Positions 25,523 through 38,034 of a stretch of DNA of 64,000 bases are shown one piece after another. Made by a program: the position numbers and the translations under genes. This stretch comes from Nemertoderma westbladi (taxonomy: Eukaryota > Animalia > Xenacoelomorpha), in the NCBI GenBank assembly GCA_032718475.1, contig JAUCBJ010002000.1, positions 1 through 64,000 on the forward strand. Direction: 5' to 3'. Each line of letters starts with the position of its first letter. Position 1 is the first letter of the stretch. The notes under the pieces are model-generated. The model searched no databases. It saw only the letters and a list, made by a program, of their open reading frames with translations, and was not told where the DNA came from.

Positions 25523-26015
25523 TACTACTACTACTAGGTCGAGCGAACTCGGACAGTGGAAATGAGATCCTTCCAGGCTTCCCGATTCGCCATAGTTGTC
25601 GCAATTTCGTTTCTCCCAAGTTCAGTATCCCTTTCAAGTTGATATTTATATGTTATGGCAGGTCGTCCACGACTACGCTTTCCATGAGTTGGTTGCCAGA
25701 GAAGTAGATCTGGTATGACCTCGTCTTTACTTCGCCAGCAGTGCCCACTGAATCTTAATCTGCGTTCACGGAGGGTGGTTGATACAGGTGGTATTGTACC
25801 ATAAAGCTCGGCGTTTGTCATGTGTTGTCTCCAGCTGATGTTTAGGGCTGCCCTTAGTAGTCTTGTGTAGCAACCATCAATTCGTTGTTCAAGTGATTTA
25901 GTCAGTGTCCAGGTCTCACCCCCGTATAAAAATACACTTTCCACTGTGGCTCGAAAGAACGTGGTCTTCAGGTGCCTGGAGAGATCTGATTTCCAGATTG
26001 TGTACAGGTTGATCC
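25523..26015 (-). mobile_element. RTE-like LINE family B, 3' end with (TAG)n tail
   Basis: Open frame FFRATVESVFLYGGETW...RRLRFSGHCWR...RGRP. The stop codon runs straight into (tag)n. Confidence 0.9.
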
Positions 26016-26481
26016 TGCCAGCAGAAACAGAGGCCATCAGGCATCAGGCTTTATCTCTGCAGGGTGATGCATGGTCTTGGCAATGATATATTTCCACACC
26101 TTGTTGCATCATAGGCAGTGTTGTGCACCCTGCCCATCATCCTGGTATATTACACATCAAGAGACCTCGTATCTTCAGCAGTTAGAGCCCAGCATGGGCT
26201 GCCATCTCTACTGCCACATGGAAAAGGGATACATTTAAAAAGCATGAGATATCATAGCTCTTTCTGATTCTGGATCGCATACATGTGGTTCAAAATACTG
26301 AGCTATGGTAAATTATTTAAATAAATTTTATAATAGTAATTTTGAAATAAATGCAACAGTATAACAATAAAGCAAAAGTAAAATAAAAGTAAAAATTTAA
26401 TAAAATTTAATTAATTATAAAAAAAATGCCACAATAACGTAATGTTATCACAGAAGATAGCCCCCCTCTTACCCTACTTTA

Positions 26482-27180
26482 TCAACCCATAATGTTAAAA
26501 AGGCCCGCAGCAGAAGAATCCATGGTGCCCAGTATGGAGGCGGAGTTCCCGATAAGAATGGCAATTAGGATACGCCGGAGGAGGAAGTGATGAGACCTGG
26601 GCCCCATGGTTATGGTGTGGAGCCTCTGGCTGACCTCCTTCAGGAAGCAGGCAGTTTCAGGGCCTGGTTGTCCGAGTGTCTCAAACGGTACGGGGTGGAA
26701 GATGTGGCCCTGCCTAACCAACTCTGCATACTTGGAGGTTTTGGCAGCCTTGGCTTCCTTCGCGACTCGGCCTCCCCCGGACTGACTGGTAGCGAGGTGG
26801 CTGGGCGCGAGTGGGTCCCAGACAGTAGCATCCCAGGCGAGCAGACGCCCACGATTCCATGGTACGAGGGTCACCCTGTCTACCCGTTTGCTGCTGCCGT
26901 CTCTATGCAGTCCCAGTGGTTCCAGGAGGGACGGCACTCCGCAGCTGGCCAGTGAACGCTTCACAATGTCGTTGAGCATGGTGTTTCTGGGATGTCGACC
27001 TGCGCTACTCTTACACGACAGGCCATGCAGACCATCCGATTCAACACCGGGAGCAGCAGTGGGGTGCGGTCAACTAACAACCCATGCGGATGGCGATGGA
27101 GATCCTAAAGTGGGAGTTGTTGAGTTTTAACCCGAGGGAGGAAGCCAGGACCCCGTCTAGCCAACAGCTCGCTATGTCGC
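26482..27180 (-). mobile_element. Second CRE-type retrotransposon, 3' endonuclease region
   Basis: GLHGLSC, LEP, KRVDRVTLVPW, LAWDAT, DPLAPSH, KTSKY, PFETLG and IGNSASILGT. Homologous to 7450-8150. Confidence 0.88.
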
Positions 27181-27711
27181 TGTTTATAATTAAGTTAAGA
27201 GTTAAGTCAGGCGATATCGACTGGCGAGGATGACACACGGAGATTGTTTACTGTTTCTCCGTAGATGGGCCACAGTATAAAATGGTTGTATATAATATAA
27301 AAAAAATTTATTCGAAATCATTGTAAATTGTAGTGTTCACAGTCTGCCAATTGGTTGTAACCACTCTGTGGTTGCTGCCCCAACCATAGAGCAATTAGTT
27401 TCAGGTTCAGTTTCATATACTTCTGTATTGAATATACCTGTGTGATTATTTTGATGTATAGTCGCCACACGTACTTGTTGAAATTTTTGAATTAATTAAA
27501 TATCTAACCTGTAGGTGCAAAAAAAAACAAAATAAAATATGACATATCGGATTAGTAATGTTTAATGGTACATATGTAACAGATTATTAATTTGTGTAAA
27601 CCTTATAAGATTTGTAAAAACAAATGATAAAAACATTAAAAAATATAAAACCAATAGTTAACTAATTTAATTTCGAAAATGAGTGCAGTACATTAGAACA
27701 GGACACTAGAA

Positions 27712-27989
27712 CAAAATCGCCTCCGCTTTGCAGGACATTTCTATCGCCGTGAGGACCAGCCAGTGCATAATCTTGTACTTTGGCAGCCTCATGGAGTGAA
27801 TAAACATGGTGGACAGCCCATGACTTTCTTGAGACGCATCTTAAAGGACACTGGCCTTGAAGATGCGGATGATCTAGCAAATGTCATGGGTGATAGGGAG
27901 TTGTGGCTGTGCAATTTTGTCGATAAGCCGGCACAGCATTCTTAAAAATGCAGCTGCAATGCAGCATGCCGATCCTAGTAGTAGCAGTA
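27712..27989 (+). mobile_element. 5'-truncated LINE family A 3' end
   Basis: Near-identical to the reverse complement of 8923-9174. Ends gatcctagtagtag. Confidence 0.88.
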
Positions 27990-30321
27990 CATGAATTTTA
28001 TATTTGATTGAATAGTTACTACTTTTTATTTTTTTTAGTTACTACTTTTTTTTATATATGTATTTTTTTTTATTATTGTTGTTATTACACACAAGACAAT
28101 TAAGACTATTGCTGGAAGCATACTGAAGGAATAAGGTATGTAGCAAGACTGCATGTAAAATATGAGATCGCTAATGTAATACTTAAAATAGCCAGACATG
28201 GGGTTTCAAATTGGTATTACATGCATTTTACAGGTATTTGCGTAGCTGGGTGTTTATTAGCAACTTGCAGCTAAACTACTGGTGATCTTATCAAGTACTA
28301 TTAATGATAATATTTACTGGTTATGCATTGGGTGTGGTTATTATTCGCCAGCATATTTTTCCTAATACCATTTCACACACATTACTTTTATGCAGATTTT
28401 CATGGTTAGCTCAACCTTATTCCGCACATTCCCAGTTAGGGAGGGATGTAGGTTTATGCTATTCAAGGTTCGTTATTTTGGTTATGAACATTTGGAGTGT
28501 TTCTTGTTTCCGGGGGATGTTCAAGGTTTCAAGGATCAGTTTAATTTACTTAGCATTTAGTTGGCGGGATTTCTGTTGTTTGTATCTCCTCCATCCATAT
28601 GTAAAGTCAACTTGTATGGTAGTTGTGTAGGTCAATGTATTTATTACCTCTTACACACAGACAATAATGCTTGTTGATATTGGAGAAGATTTACTTCACG
28701 AATAATTTCACAATAATCGTCATCAATTTGTGAGATAAGTTCCTTACATTAGGCATTATAGTCACGATCATTATTATGATTAGGCACGCATTCGGGGATT
28801 TATTTGAGATCAAATAATGAAATCAAGCCGTAGAACATAAAATATGAGACCAAAGTTCGGAGAAACTTCAAATGGTAAGCTTGATTATTCAGTTTAATCC
28901 AAAAAGCTAGTAGTTAGTTATTCTGATTTTTTTTCCTTAGTTTGTGAATCAATTCCGATAATATGATAATCTGTTGGGGAGATTATTGGGGAATAATTAC
29001 TGGCTGGGTGTGGTGGAGAATATGGAAATTGTTTTTGCAAAAAATAAATTGAGGTGAAAACTGGTGACACTAGGTATACATACACTAAACATATTACTGT
29101 AACCACCATATATTCGCCTTATATTACAATAATTGTAAAATATTTTCCCCACATACATTATACTATACAATGCTCTGGAATAGTGTTGTAATTCAGTAAC
29201 ACCATTGAATGAAACACTGATCCTTGCATCTCAAGGTTGACCTCAACATACAGTACTGTGAAGACTGACAGAAGGCTGATCTTCCAAGTTGATGACAGAA
29301 GACTGATCTACATTTTGGACATTTTCATGTTGTTTTCTTATCTTTGGTTTCATAGTACTGTTTTTCTAACCAAAACAATAAACGATGCAAAAGTGAATCA
29401 CCATTGGGGTGCTAATAATTCTATTTGGGGTGTCGGCATGAGTTATTTGATTATTTTGTGGTGCAATATATTTAAATAGGGAGATGTAAATTGTTGGTGC
29501 AAATTGGGTGGTTGTGTAAATATTAAGAACATTAATCAAACATAACCTACAATATAGCACCAAATGATGCAGCGAGATTGTGTAATTTTACCTATTAATA
29601 GTAGTTTACCTATTAATTATATCAAATTAATTATTAATTCCCTGATATAAAATACAGAAAAAATTATAGATTAAACTGGAAAAATAATAGATAGATAATT
29701 GTTTCTACTATTTTGTAATAACTTTTTTCCTCAATATATAGCGGGAAAAAACGTTAAGAAGATTCCTTACAACTGAGATTGGCCATTATTTGTGCCTTTC
29801 CTCAATAATTTACCCTCAATAAATACTTAGGTATTTTGGTGGTGTTGATCAATAACAATTTTGCAACGGATGAACTTTATGTTGAGATAAATAATAACCC
29901 TCCGGAAAATATATAAAAACTCTAAATTATTTAATTAATATGGCAGTTTTCAACCACAGTTATTCTCTCCAGTTTTAATAAGAATTTCTACACCACTAGA
30001 TTCATTAACAGCGTTATTGATGGACTCTGTTTCATTAACCTCTTCAATGTAAGAATAGACACTTCCTTCTGCACTTCCCTCACTTCGCTCGATTACCACA
30101 ATGTTATTAATTTCAAACTAAATATATTTAAAGTTTCGAGTTTTAATATGAACGATCTGGTCTGTGGGTGTTTTAATATACTTGAATAACAGAACCCTTC
30201 ACCAGAAATAAATATTCTATATACCACCATTCTACTGAATTGCAGTTATTGAGCAACCAAACCACCACGTGATATTTACTTATAGATGGTTTTGTATGTA
30301 GAGTTATTTTCATCAATTCGT

Positions 30322-30443
30322 CTATCCGCATTTGTTACAGGAGGTCTGACAGTGAACATACATGTAAGCTGGGTTATCTGTGCATTGGCTTTCAGCAGCC
30401 CAGTCAGCACAGTTATTGTGATCATCTTCAGCTTCAACGCAAT
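30322..30443 (-). CDS. Multi-ShKT secreted protein, exon 5 (ShKT domain 4 + stop)
   Basis: Acceptor ttttgttacag|; DCVEAEDDHNNCADWAAESQCTDNPAYMYVHCQTSCNKCG*. Confidence 0.93.
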
Positions 30444-31119
30444 CTGTAACAAAAGGTAATTGATAATTATTATTCTTGAATTAATTTTTCAAATTGTGTT
30501 TCCCTTTCGTTTTCAATCCTCTCATGGGAAAATCGACACAAATAACATCTGCTTACAACCAAAAATGAATCTATAACCTGTGGTATTGAATTTCGTTTAA
30601 TTATAATATTCGTTAGAATAACGTGGAAAATTAACATTGTTAATTCGCGAGAGATATTAAATTGCTTAGAAGGGATTTTCTTCAAGTTTCCACCCGCACC
30701 CCGGTCTTCCAGCAAGTTAAGCCATTGGTTAATTAAGCTGACCATTTAAAGATCTACATTTCGTTTTCTATAATATAATAATTACTCCTGAAATAAGACA
30801 TAGTCAGTGATACTGGGTTTTGGCATGTAACTTTTTAGAGATTCTGGGTTGTTACAAGTATTTCTTATATGTATTTTGTATTCGATAGATCGTGTACTGT
30901 GTTTTGGTTGGAAGAATGTGCTTAAAATTCACTGATATTGTAATTTCAAAAACTTCACAGACAGACACAGTATAGTAACCTGAGTCAAGTGATATACGAA
31001 AAAGAGATACTGGGTTTTGAAATGCAAGACCTGTTTTATTGACTAAGTGGCTGCTACCGGTACCGGCAAGTGTAAATAAGAAATATAATAATATAAAATG
31101 CCCTTAATATTTCTTTTAC

Positions 31120-31248
31120 CTTCTCCATCGTCGCATTTGTTGCAGGAAGTTTGGCAGTGGACATACATCCAGGCTGGGTTGGTTACACAGTCGCCATTAG
31201 CAGCAAACCCTGAGCAATTCTCATAGTCATCCTTATTCTCAACGCAAT
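31120..31248 (-). CDS. Multi-ShKT secreted protein, exon 4 (ShKT domain 3)
   Basis: 129-nt phase 1-1 exon, aag|...|gtaaaa; NCVENKDDYENCSGFAANGDCVTNPAWMYVHCQTSCNKCDDGE. Confidence 0.93.
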
Positions 31249-31681
31249 CTTAGGGAAGTCATTTTATTACTATAACATTTTAATTATTTAAATCAATAAA
31301 TTATTTTATAATTTCAATTAAACTTAGTGTGCTTTTGCAATAAGATACGTACAATATGTGCATGTGCTACTGCTCACCAGTGAGTCGGTTCTTTGTCAGA
31401 GATAAAGTTAATTATATTTATTTATATGTATGTTGTTATCCCCCCCCCCCCCCCCTCCCCTCCCCGCACTCTTAAAAATCGTGACATTTCACTTTAAAAG
31501 CGGAGCATAAGAGCAATATTTTTTATTAAATTATTTAGGTGAATAAAATTACGTATTTCTTGAAAAAAAAACATCTGCTGCACAACCGCTCTTTGGGTTT
31601 ACTTTTTGATTATTTTTTAATAATATCAACCGAAATTCTACATATCACAACAATTATTGATAATAAATAAGGTTTACAAAC

Positions 31682-31810
31682 TTTCTCCATCATTGCAATA
31701 GTTGCAGGAAGTCTGACAGTAGTTGTACATGAATGCTGGGTTTTCTGTGCACTGGTCATCAGCAGACCAACCTGGGCAGTTCGCGTCAAGATCGGGCCGT
31801 TCATGACACA
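31682..31810 (-). CDS. Multi-ShKT secreted protein, exon 3 (ShKT domain 2)
   Basis: 129-nt phase 1-1 exon, tttcag|...|gtttgt; VCHERPDLDANCPGWSADDQCTENPAFMYNYCQTSCNYCNDGE. Confidence 0.93.
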
Positions 31811-32113
31811 CTGAAACAATACAATGAACATCATGTTATGACTTACAGTGACAACTAAATCATAATGGATATTGTAGTTATATGTAACTGTCACAACTAA
31901 CTGAGACTTTTGTTACTACTACTTAATAGGTCTGCTGCATTGAAGCTGCACATTGAGATATATTCTTGCTATTTTTGCCATCACTATGCAATCCACACTT
32001 GCCGGCTTTTTGATACTTTCTGGTTGACCTTTATCAGCAACGTCTCACAAGTTACCAGACTGTACAAAGATCTGCCATTAATACTTTATATTAATACTTT
32101 TCAATTTACATAC

Positions 32114-32242
32114 CTGTCCCATCGTCACATTTGTTACACGAAGTTTCACAATTTTCGTACATGTAACTCGGGTTTGTTCCACATTGGCCATCTGCCGCCC
32201 AGCCTGGGCAATTGAAGTTGTAATCAGGTTTTTCACAGCAAG
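32114..32242 (-). CDS. Multi-ShKT secreted protein, exon 2 (ShKT domain 1)
   Basis: 129-nt phase 1-1 exon, aag|...|gtatgt; ACCEKPDYNFNCPGWAADGQCGTNPSYMYENCETSCNKCDDGT. Confidence 0.92.
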
Positions 32243-33230
32243 CTTCATAAAATATCAAATTAATATGTAACATAGGTCTGTATTTTTTCCTGCGGGAAAA
32301 ACTGAGTGAGTGTAAAATTAAAAAGTGAATATGGATGATACATTATTTAAAAAAGAGCTTGTATGCATGTGAGCATGTAAACGTTAACATATTTAATTAA
32401 TCTAACTATTACGTTGAATTAACATTTCCCTTATATCAACTTAATAAAACATTTCCATTTGCCTTATTGCCTTTAATAAGGTATGATAAAAGATAGGACA
32501 TATATTTAGAGGTTAGGTTACAGTTTCAATTATGAATTTGTATTCTATTACACAGACACTGTAAGAGCAGCACCCCCCATGAGTTTTAGTAGGGCCTTAT
32601 TGCAATCGGCGGTACGGTTTGGCTTCAAGTAGGCCTCTTTCTACTAATGTACTGTGTGAGTCTGGGCCAAACTGTCAGTATCAAACTGTTTTTAAACAAC
32701 GCGCAATTCTCGTTGCGTCATTGCGTTGCGCCAATTTTCATTGTGTTGCGTATTTTACAGAAAGCCGGCCTCTTGGCATTTGATTTTGTTTGCACAGACT
32801 TCTCCTAACTGATAAATGACATGTAAAGCGGCATGTAAAGTTCTGTCCAAGGTCGTATGGACTAATGATATACAGTAGCATATGTGGGGGGCGGGATTGT
32901 TGGCCATCAGTAATATAATATGGTACAATAATACTGAAAGATATTTCCATATTTCAGTTAAATACAGTACATATCATTGCTGAGAATTCAATTTACTTTA
33001 CTTTATTTCGTTCCCTAATAAACATTTTTGTATTACAAAAATCACACTCTTTTTGTACTACAAAAGTTGTCAAACTATTTAACATAATTTCCATGATCAA
33101 ACATGTTGTACAAATTCATAAGAATTGAGAATATGAGAGGATTGTGTTTAAGACTACCATACCCCCCCCCCCCCCCCCACATGATAGATTTTTTAACATT
33201 TTTCCGAAAATAACGTGAAGATAATAATAC

Positions 33231-33339
33231 CTGAAGAAGGTGGACTAGCTTCAGTTCCTCCTTGAGCAACAAAAGTTTGAACACCACCGGATACAACATG
33301 CACCATCGCCAAGACAGTGAGACACAAGAGGATTTTCAT
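33231..33339 (-). CDS. Multi-ShKT secreted protein, exon 1 (signal peptide)
   Basis: acaATG start; MKILLCLTVLAMVHVVSG-GVQTFVAQGGTEASPPSS; phase-1 donor CAG|GTATTA, compatible with exon 2. Confidence 0.85.
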
Positions 33340-33451
33340 TGTGGATATTTCGAATTGAGTTTGTTGAACAAATAAACAACGTTTGGACGTTTTGTTTTAA
33401 AACTTCTAACTTTAAAAACGTTAAGTTGTGATAAGTAACTTTTTGTTTGAA

Positions 33452-33467
33452 GATATATATATATATG
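33452..33467 (-). promoter_or_regulatory. Possible TATA element upstream of the ShKT gene
   Basis: (TA)n run ~115-125 nt upstream of the ATG. It may simply be a microsatellite. Confidence 0.25.
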
Positions 33468-33725
33468 ATTTTGCGTGGGTGACAGACATGTGTATTTCCT
33501 ATTGATTTACATTATTTTCTTGCATGTGGCATGATGCAATAAATAATTGGGCTATTTATTATAATATTCGTTAAAGTAATACATGCAATTATATATTTCT
33601 GTTGATTTGGTATATCAGCTTTGTTGAATACATCTCATTATATTTTTACAGTACAGTACGGGCTAGACTATAGTATATAGATGCAGATGAATTCAGTTTG
33701 ATCAATTTTATAAACGCAGCTGCAG

Positions 33726-33841
33726 TTACTGCACATGTGAATTTCTGAGCTCAGGCTGATATCTGTCTGGGGTGTATGTGCGTGGATAGTTGATACTTTC
33801 TGATGTAGCAAACAAATCATAGTTTGTGTCGTTGTAAACAC
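33726..33841 (-). CDS. Candidate terminal exon of an unidentified upstream gene
   Basis: Acceptor ccttttag|, 37 open codons (VYNDTNYDLFATSESINYPRTYTPDRYQPELRNSHVQ*), and a minus-strand AATAAA at 33555-33560. Confidence 0.3.
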
Positions 33842-34444
33842 CTAAAAGGTGGTGCAAAAATTGTGCCTACACGGTTTAATAAATCTAAAACGGTTTAATA
33901 TGTTAATTAAAAACTATATATTGGTACGACCGATGGCACTGGCAACTGGTATAATCAGATGTAGATGTACATACCACTCTGCCAATACAACAATAGCAAT
34001 AGGCCTACCCCTACCAACCATCCATTGACTCGGCAACTGCAACCATGGAAGTTATGCGGACTAACAAGCTGACCGGCATTCTAAGTTCAGGTACCCACTA
34101 CCAGAGTCTACCCAGCTGCCCAGAAAAGTGTTGGAATTGATATCAAACAACTCACCACCAAGGCTGCCTCTGTCTGTTGACCATGACTTTCGGTATCGCT
34201 GCCACTATGGGCAAACTGGACTAACCATAACCGAGGATCAAATAATCCGGTTTTTTAATCTCACTCTGCCATCACCCAGTGCCTGGCGGTGTTGAAATTG
34301 ACATGCATTGTACAAGCAGTACCCTATTGGCCTATTGCTCCGAGTTTCCGACTGGTCGGGTGCAACTGCTGCATCTACATTGTCACACTATAACTTGTGC
34401 TCATGAGGACGAGTACTGCATAGACTATAATCCTATAAACCAAA

Positions 34445-34715
34445 ACCATACCTGGCTTCACCTATTGAACGCATCAGTAGTTATAAAGATCGTCAGTCTG
34501 CATTTAGGAAAGATATTTAACTACAAAACAGGCACAACGAGGCTTATAATGAGGACGAGTACTGCATTGACTATATTATTATATAAACCACCTGGCTTCA
34601 CATATTGAACGCTTACTGAACGCTTATTGAACGTTATCATTATTATAAAGATCATCAGCCTGCGTTTAAGAAATATATTTAAATACATAACAGGATGAAT
34701 GCAATGATGCTTATA
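34445..34715 (-). repeat. Inverted copy of the ~150-bp-unit repeat at 15895-16212
   Basis: Shares the atcgtcagtctgcRttta and tataaaccacctggcttcacatattga blocks. Confidence 0.8.
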
Positions 34716-34718
34716 CTA

Positions 34719-34787
34719 TGGAAAATCGGGAAGCCTGGAAGGGTCTCATTTCCATTGTCCGAGTTCGCTCGACCTAGTAGTAATAGT
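34719..34787 (+). mobile_element. Very short 3' stub of LINE family B
   Basis: aatcgggaagcctggaagg..ctcatttcca.tgtccgagttcgctcgacctagtagtaatag matches the reverse complement of 25523-25590. Confidence 0.85.
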
Positions 34788-35819
34788 ATATTGTAAAGCC
34801 GGGTTGTGCACCATTGGTTGGAAGCAAAGTTCAAAAATTTTATTCACACTATGATATATATATATATATCTATATATGACACATGGAATACATGTGAGGG
34901 TTATTAGGTACTTAAGGGATGAAACCATTGCCTAGCGAGGAGCAATTGGAATAATTTTAGTCTGTGGAGCTACATAAGTCTCCTTCCATTAGAAGTTACC
35001 TATTTGAGCTCCTTTTCAGATACTAGAGAGTCAGGTCATACGTACATGAAAGACTCAAAATTATTACAGGTTCAATTATTACTTATAAAATATTAAACAG
35101 ATCACTACAGAAGCTTTCATTGATGCCAAAGCTGTTGGTGAACCATCGGAAAGTAGATGATATGAATGGGCCTTTCAAAGGTTGCACTACAAGAATATCC
35201 AAGCAGTAGAAGCAGTTAGTAGGTGTGGTGGTGCTATTCCAATAGTTATGGTGTGAAATCTTCCATGTGACAATATAGACTTACAATATCCACAGCCAGG
35301 AAAGCAGATTTATGGTAAATATGGGACTCTGGTGTTCTTGTCCCAGGAGAATTTATATTCTATAATAATTTGGGCTGTGACAGGGCAGGGTTCCATACAA
35401 TGCTAACATGCTTTCCAATAACTGTATAATGTAACTTAATGTTAGTCAACACTGGTGGCAGCCATATTCGTGAACTGATAATATTGGCTGCAAGGGTTGT
35501 CAAAAATTTATTGAGCTCCAATTAATTGCAATTAATTAATTGCTCACTTTTTGATAATTTAATAATTGCTAGGGCAATGTCCAATTAATTGAAAAAAAAT
35601 TGATAAATTAGATCAATTAATTGCCCATCCCATCTTAATGCCTCTCCGATTATTTAAACATAGTATACTATACAGTATAATATAATAAATACCCGAATGC
35701 ACTGCTGAGCTCACCAGTCAGTCACCATACCTCTACATCATAGCAGTTAGAAATTGGCTGAACGATTATACTGTAAATTATAGGCCTAAATCACCAAACT
35801 GTAACTATTGTTATACTGC

Positions 35820-38034
35820 CCACCCCGCCCCTGCATTGAAGTCTCGAGTTGCCCGATATTTTAAGGAAACAAATACTGGTTGTGGACAATGGGTATGTAG
35901 CTACGGAAAAAACTGATACAAAGGAAAGGTAGTGGTTGGACTAATTTAGTAAACCATTTGAAATCTCAACATCCCGAGTGGTCTTTGTTTGAGGATGGGC
36001 AATCGACGCTTCAAGGGTTCGCTGTACCCAGTTTGCCACAGAATATCCACGATTGGCTGGAGTGGGTCTGCGTGGGTATGAAGCCCTTCTCATTTGTAAC
36101 TGACCCTCTCACATGCAAGTATACCAATCTGAATCCAATATCTATTAATAGCTTCAAAAAATATATGGAATCTGTAGTAAAGAAGGTGGAGCTCTCTATT
36201 TCGGAAGAGCTCCCTGAACAATTTGCGATAATTTTAGATGGATGGAGCAAGCACAGTACACATTATGTGGCTGTGTTTGCTAGTTGGGAAAATTTGAATG
36301 TCCCAGAAGGATATTCTACTGCACTTCTAGCATTTAGCCCAATACAAGAAGAAACAGAATTCACAGCTACAGCACATCGGGATTTTCTAGAATGGGTATT
36401 ATTATTGTTATTATTATCTTTGTTTAATCTGACACTATAGGTCCATTGTAGGTACAAGATATATTTAATTACATATATACAGTAGTAGAAGTATACAGAC
36501 CACATTATATAAATTTACCTAGACAACAGAATAAAAACAAAATCAGAAATTTAGGTTACCCCAAGCACCACTAACCACCTCTTGCGCAACACCGAGAGAG
36601 AAACGTTAGCAATTTAATGAATAAGGATGTTTTGTGAAACATCAATACGTCGTAGCAAAGAAAAAAATATTACTTCTCTGCATAGCCCTAAAAGTATTGA
36701 TCCTATTATTTACAAAAATTTCACTAGCGTCCTCAGTTCTAGAATATTTGAAAAGTGATCTAAAAGCAGTATTATAAGCTACCTTAACCTTGCGCAAATT
36801 CTCAACACGAGATATAGACCAGAGTGAACAACAGTACATGCTGTAACAGTAGGATCTAAATAAGGTTAACTTTACTTCATATGAACAATTCGAAAATAAT
36901 CTAGCAATCTGGTTACCCCTACAATACATTTCATATCTGATTCATCGCTTAGATCGCAGGTAATTGTATGACAAAGGTAATTAACCTCCTTAACACAATG
37001 TAATAGTTTACCACAGTGATATACATCACCAGCACGGTTAATTCTATAAGGAAGAAAATACATACATACATACTGTATTAGTTGAGGTGTTCCATCACTC
37101 AATGTCTAATGTGGTTTGTATAGTTGGAGATAATGCAGAAACAAATAAAGCATTAAGCAGGCTCTGTGGAAAACCATTCATAGGGTGTGCTTCACATCGC
37201 TTCAACTTGGCAGTTAATAAGGAGCTCGAAAAGCACAAGATACTCTTAGACAAGGTGAATAGTCTAATGGTTAAGTTGAAGAATCTCAAGTTGGCTGGTC
37301 AGTTGCGATTGTATACGAACTTGCGCCCTGTACAAAGGAACACTACAAGATGGAGCTCAACAGCTGCTATGGTCAACAGATACTTTGAATTAAAACCGCA
37401 TCTTACTTCATTTGAAGATTGTCCTGACATTATGGACTTGGTTTATCTCCACATGAAAACAATGTCCTACAAGAGGTTCAAAAACTTATTAATAAATTTG
37501 ATTCCGTGACAAAGGCTCCGATTCCGCGACAGAGGGAGTCCTTAGATATTTCGGTTGTAAGACTGCTTTTCGATAGTGTTATTGAGTCCCACCCAGAGAC
37601 TAAGTTCTATTTAGGGGAAAATGCTCCAATAATATATTCTAAAGATTTTGAGAACAGAATCACCTAGATAGTGAATAAAAAAGAATTATTATTAACTGCA
37701 AATGAATATTCTGCTGTTGATAACCTGAAACGGAGATCTAGAGATGGAGGTACCAGTATTGAAGATGCTACCATTGCTGACGGCCCTTCGCAACTAGTTT
37801 CAAATGAAAACTTTGCAAGTGAGATATTGAAGAGGAAAAAAGTAAAATTATCTGATTACTTTGATTGTCGCTTTCTGCTACCAACCAGCGATATTGTAGA
37901 ACGCTTTTTCTCATTGGTGGGATATTGTTTTAGTGATTACCACCAGGCTCTTCTACCAATGAATTTAGAAATTTTTAAAAGTGAATAGACGTTTTTGGAA
38001 TGTGGCAACTGTTTCTGAAATACTCAATGAATGA
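35820..38034 (+). pseudogene. hAT transposase (pieces 35820-36400 and 37085-38034)
   Basis: BED-like NLVNHLKSQHP, LDGWS (D1), VGDNA (D2), CASHRFNLAV (CxxH), TTRWSST and PTSDIVERFFS (E). Confidence 0.9.
36398..37080 (-). mobile_element. 5'-truncated L2/CR1-group LINE inserted in the hAT transposase
   Basis: VKEVNYLCH...VKLTLFRSYCYSMYCCSLW...VAYNTAFRSL. The (TAA)n tail at 36398-36417 splits the transposase between LEWV and EVFHH. Confidence 0.85.

Noticed and set aside
31915-32080. Additional exon of the ShKT gene
   Set aside because: No ShKT cysteine pattern. It ends in a tagtagtaa-type tail on the minus strand and looks like an intronic LINE stub.
34020-34260. DIRS tyrosine-recombinase remnant
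   Set aside because: Only a vague GIDI...AAS resemblance; catalytic residues are not identifiable.
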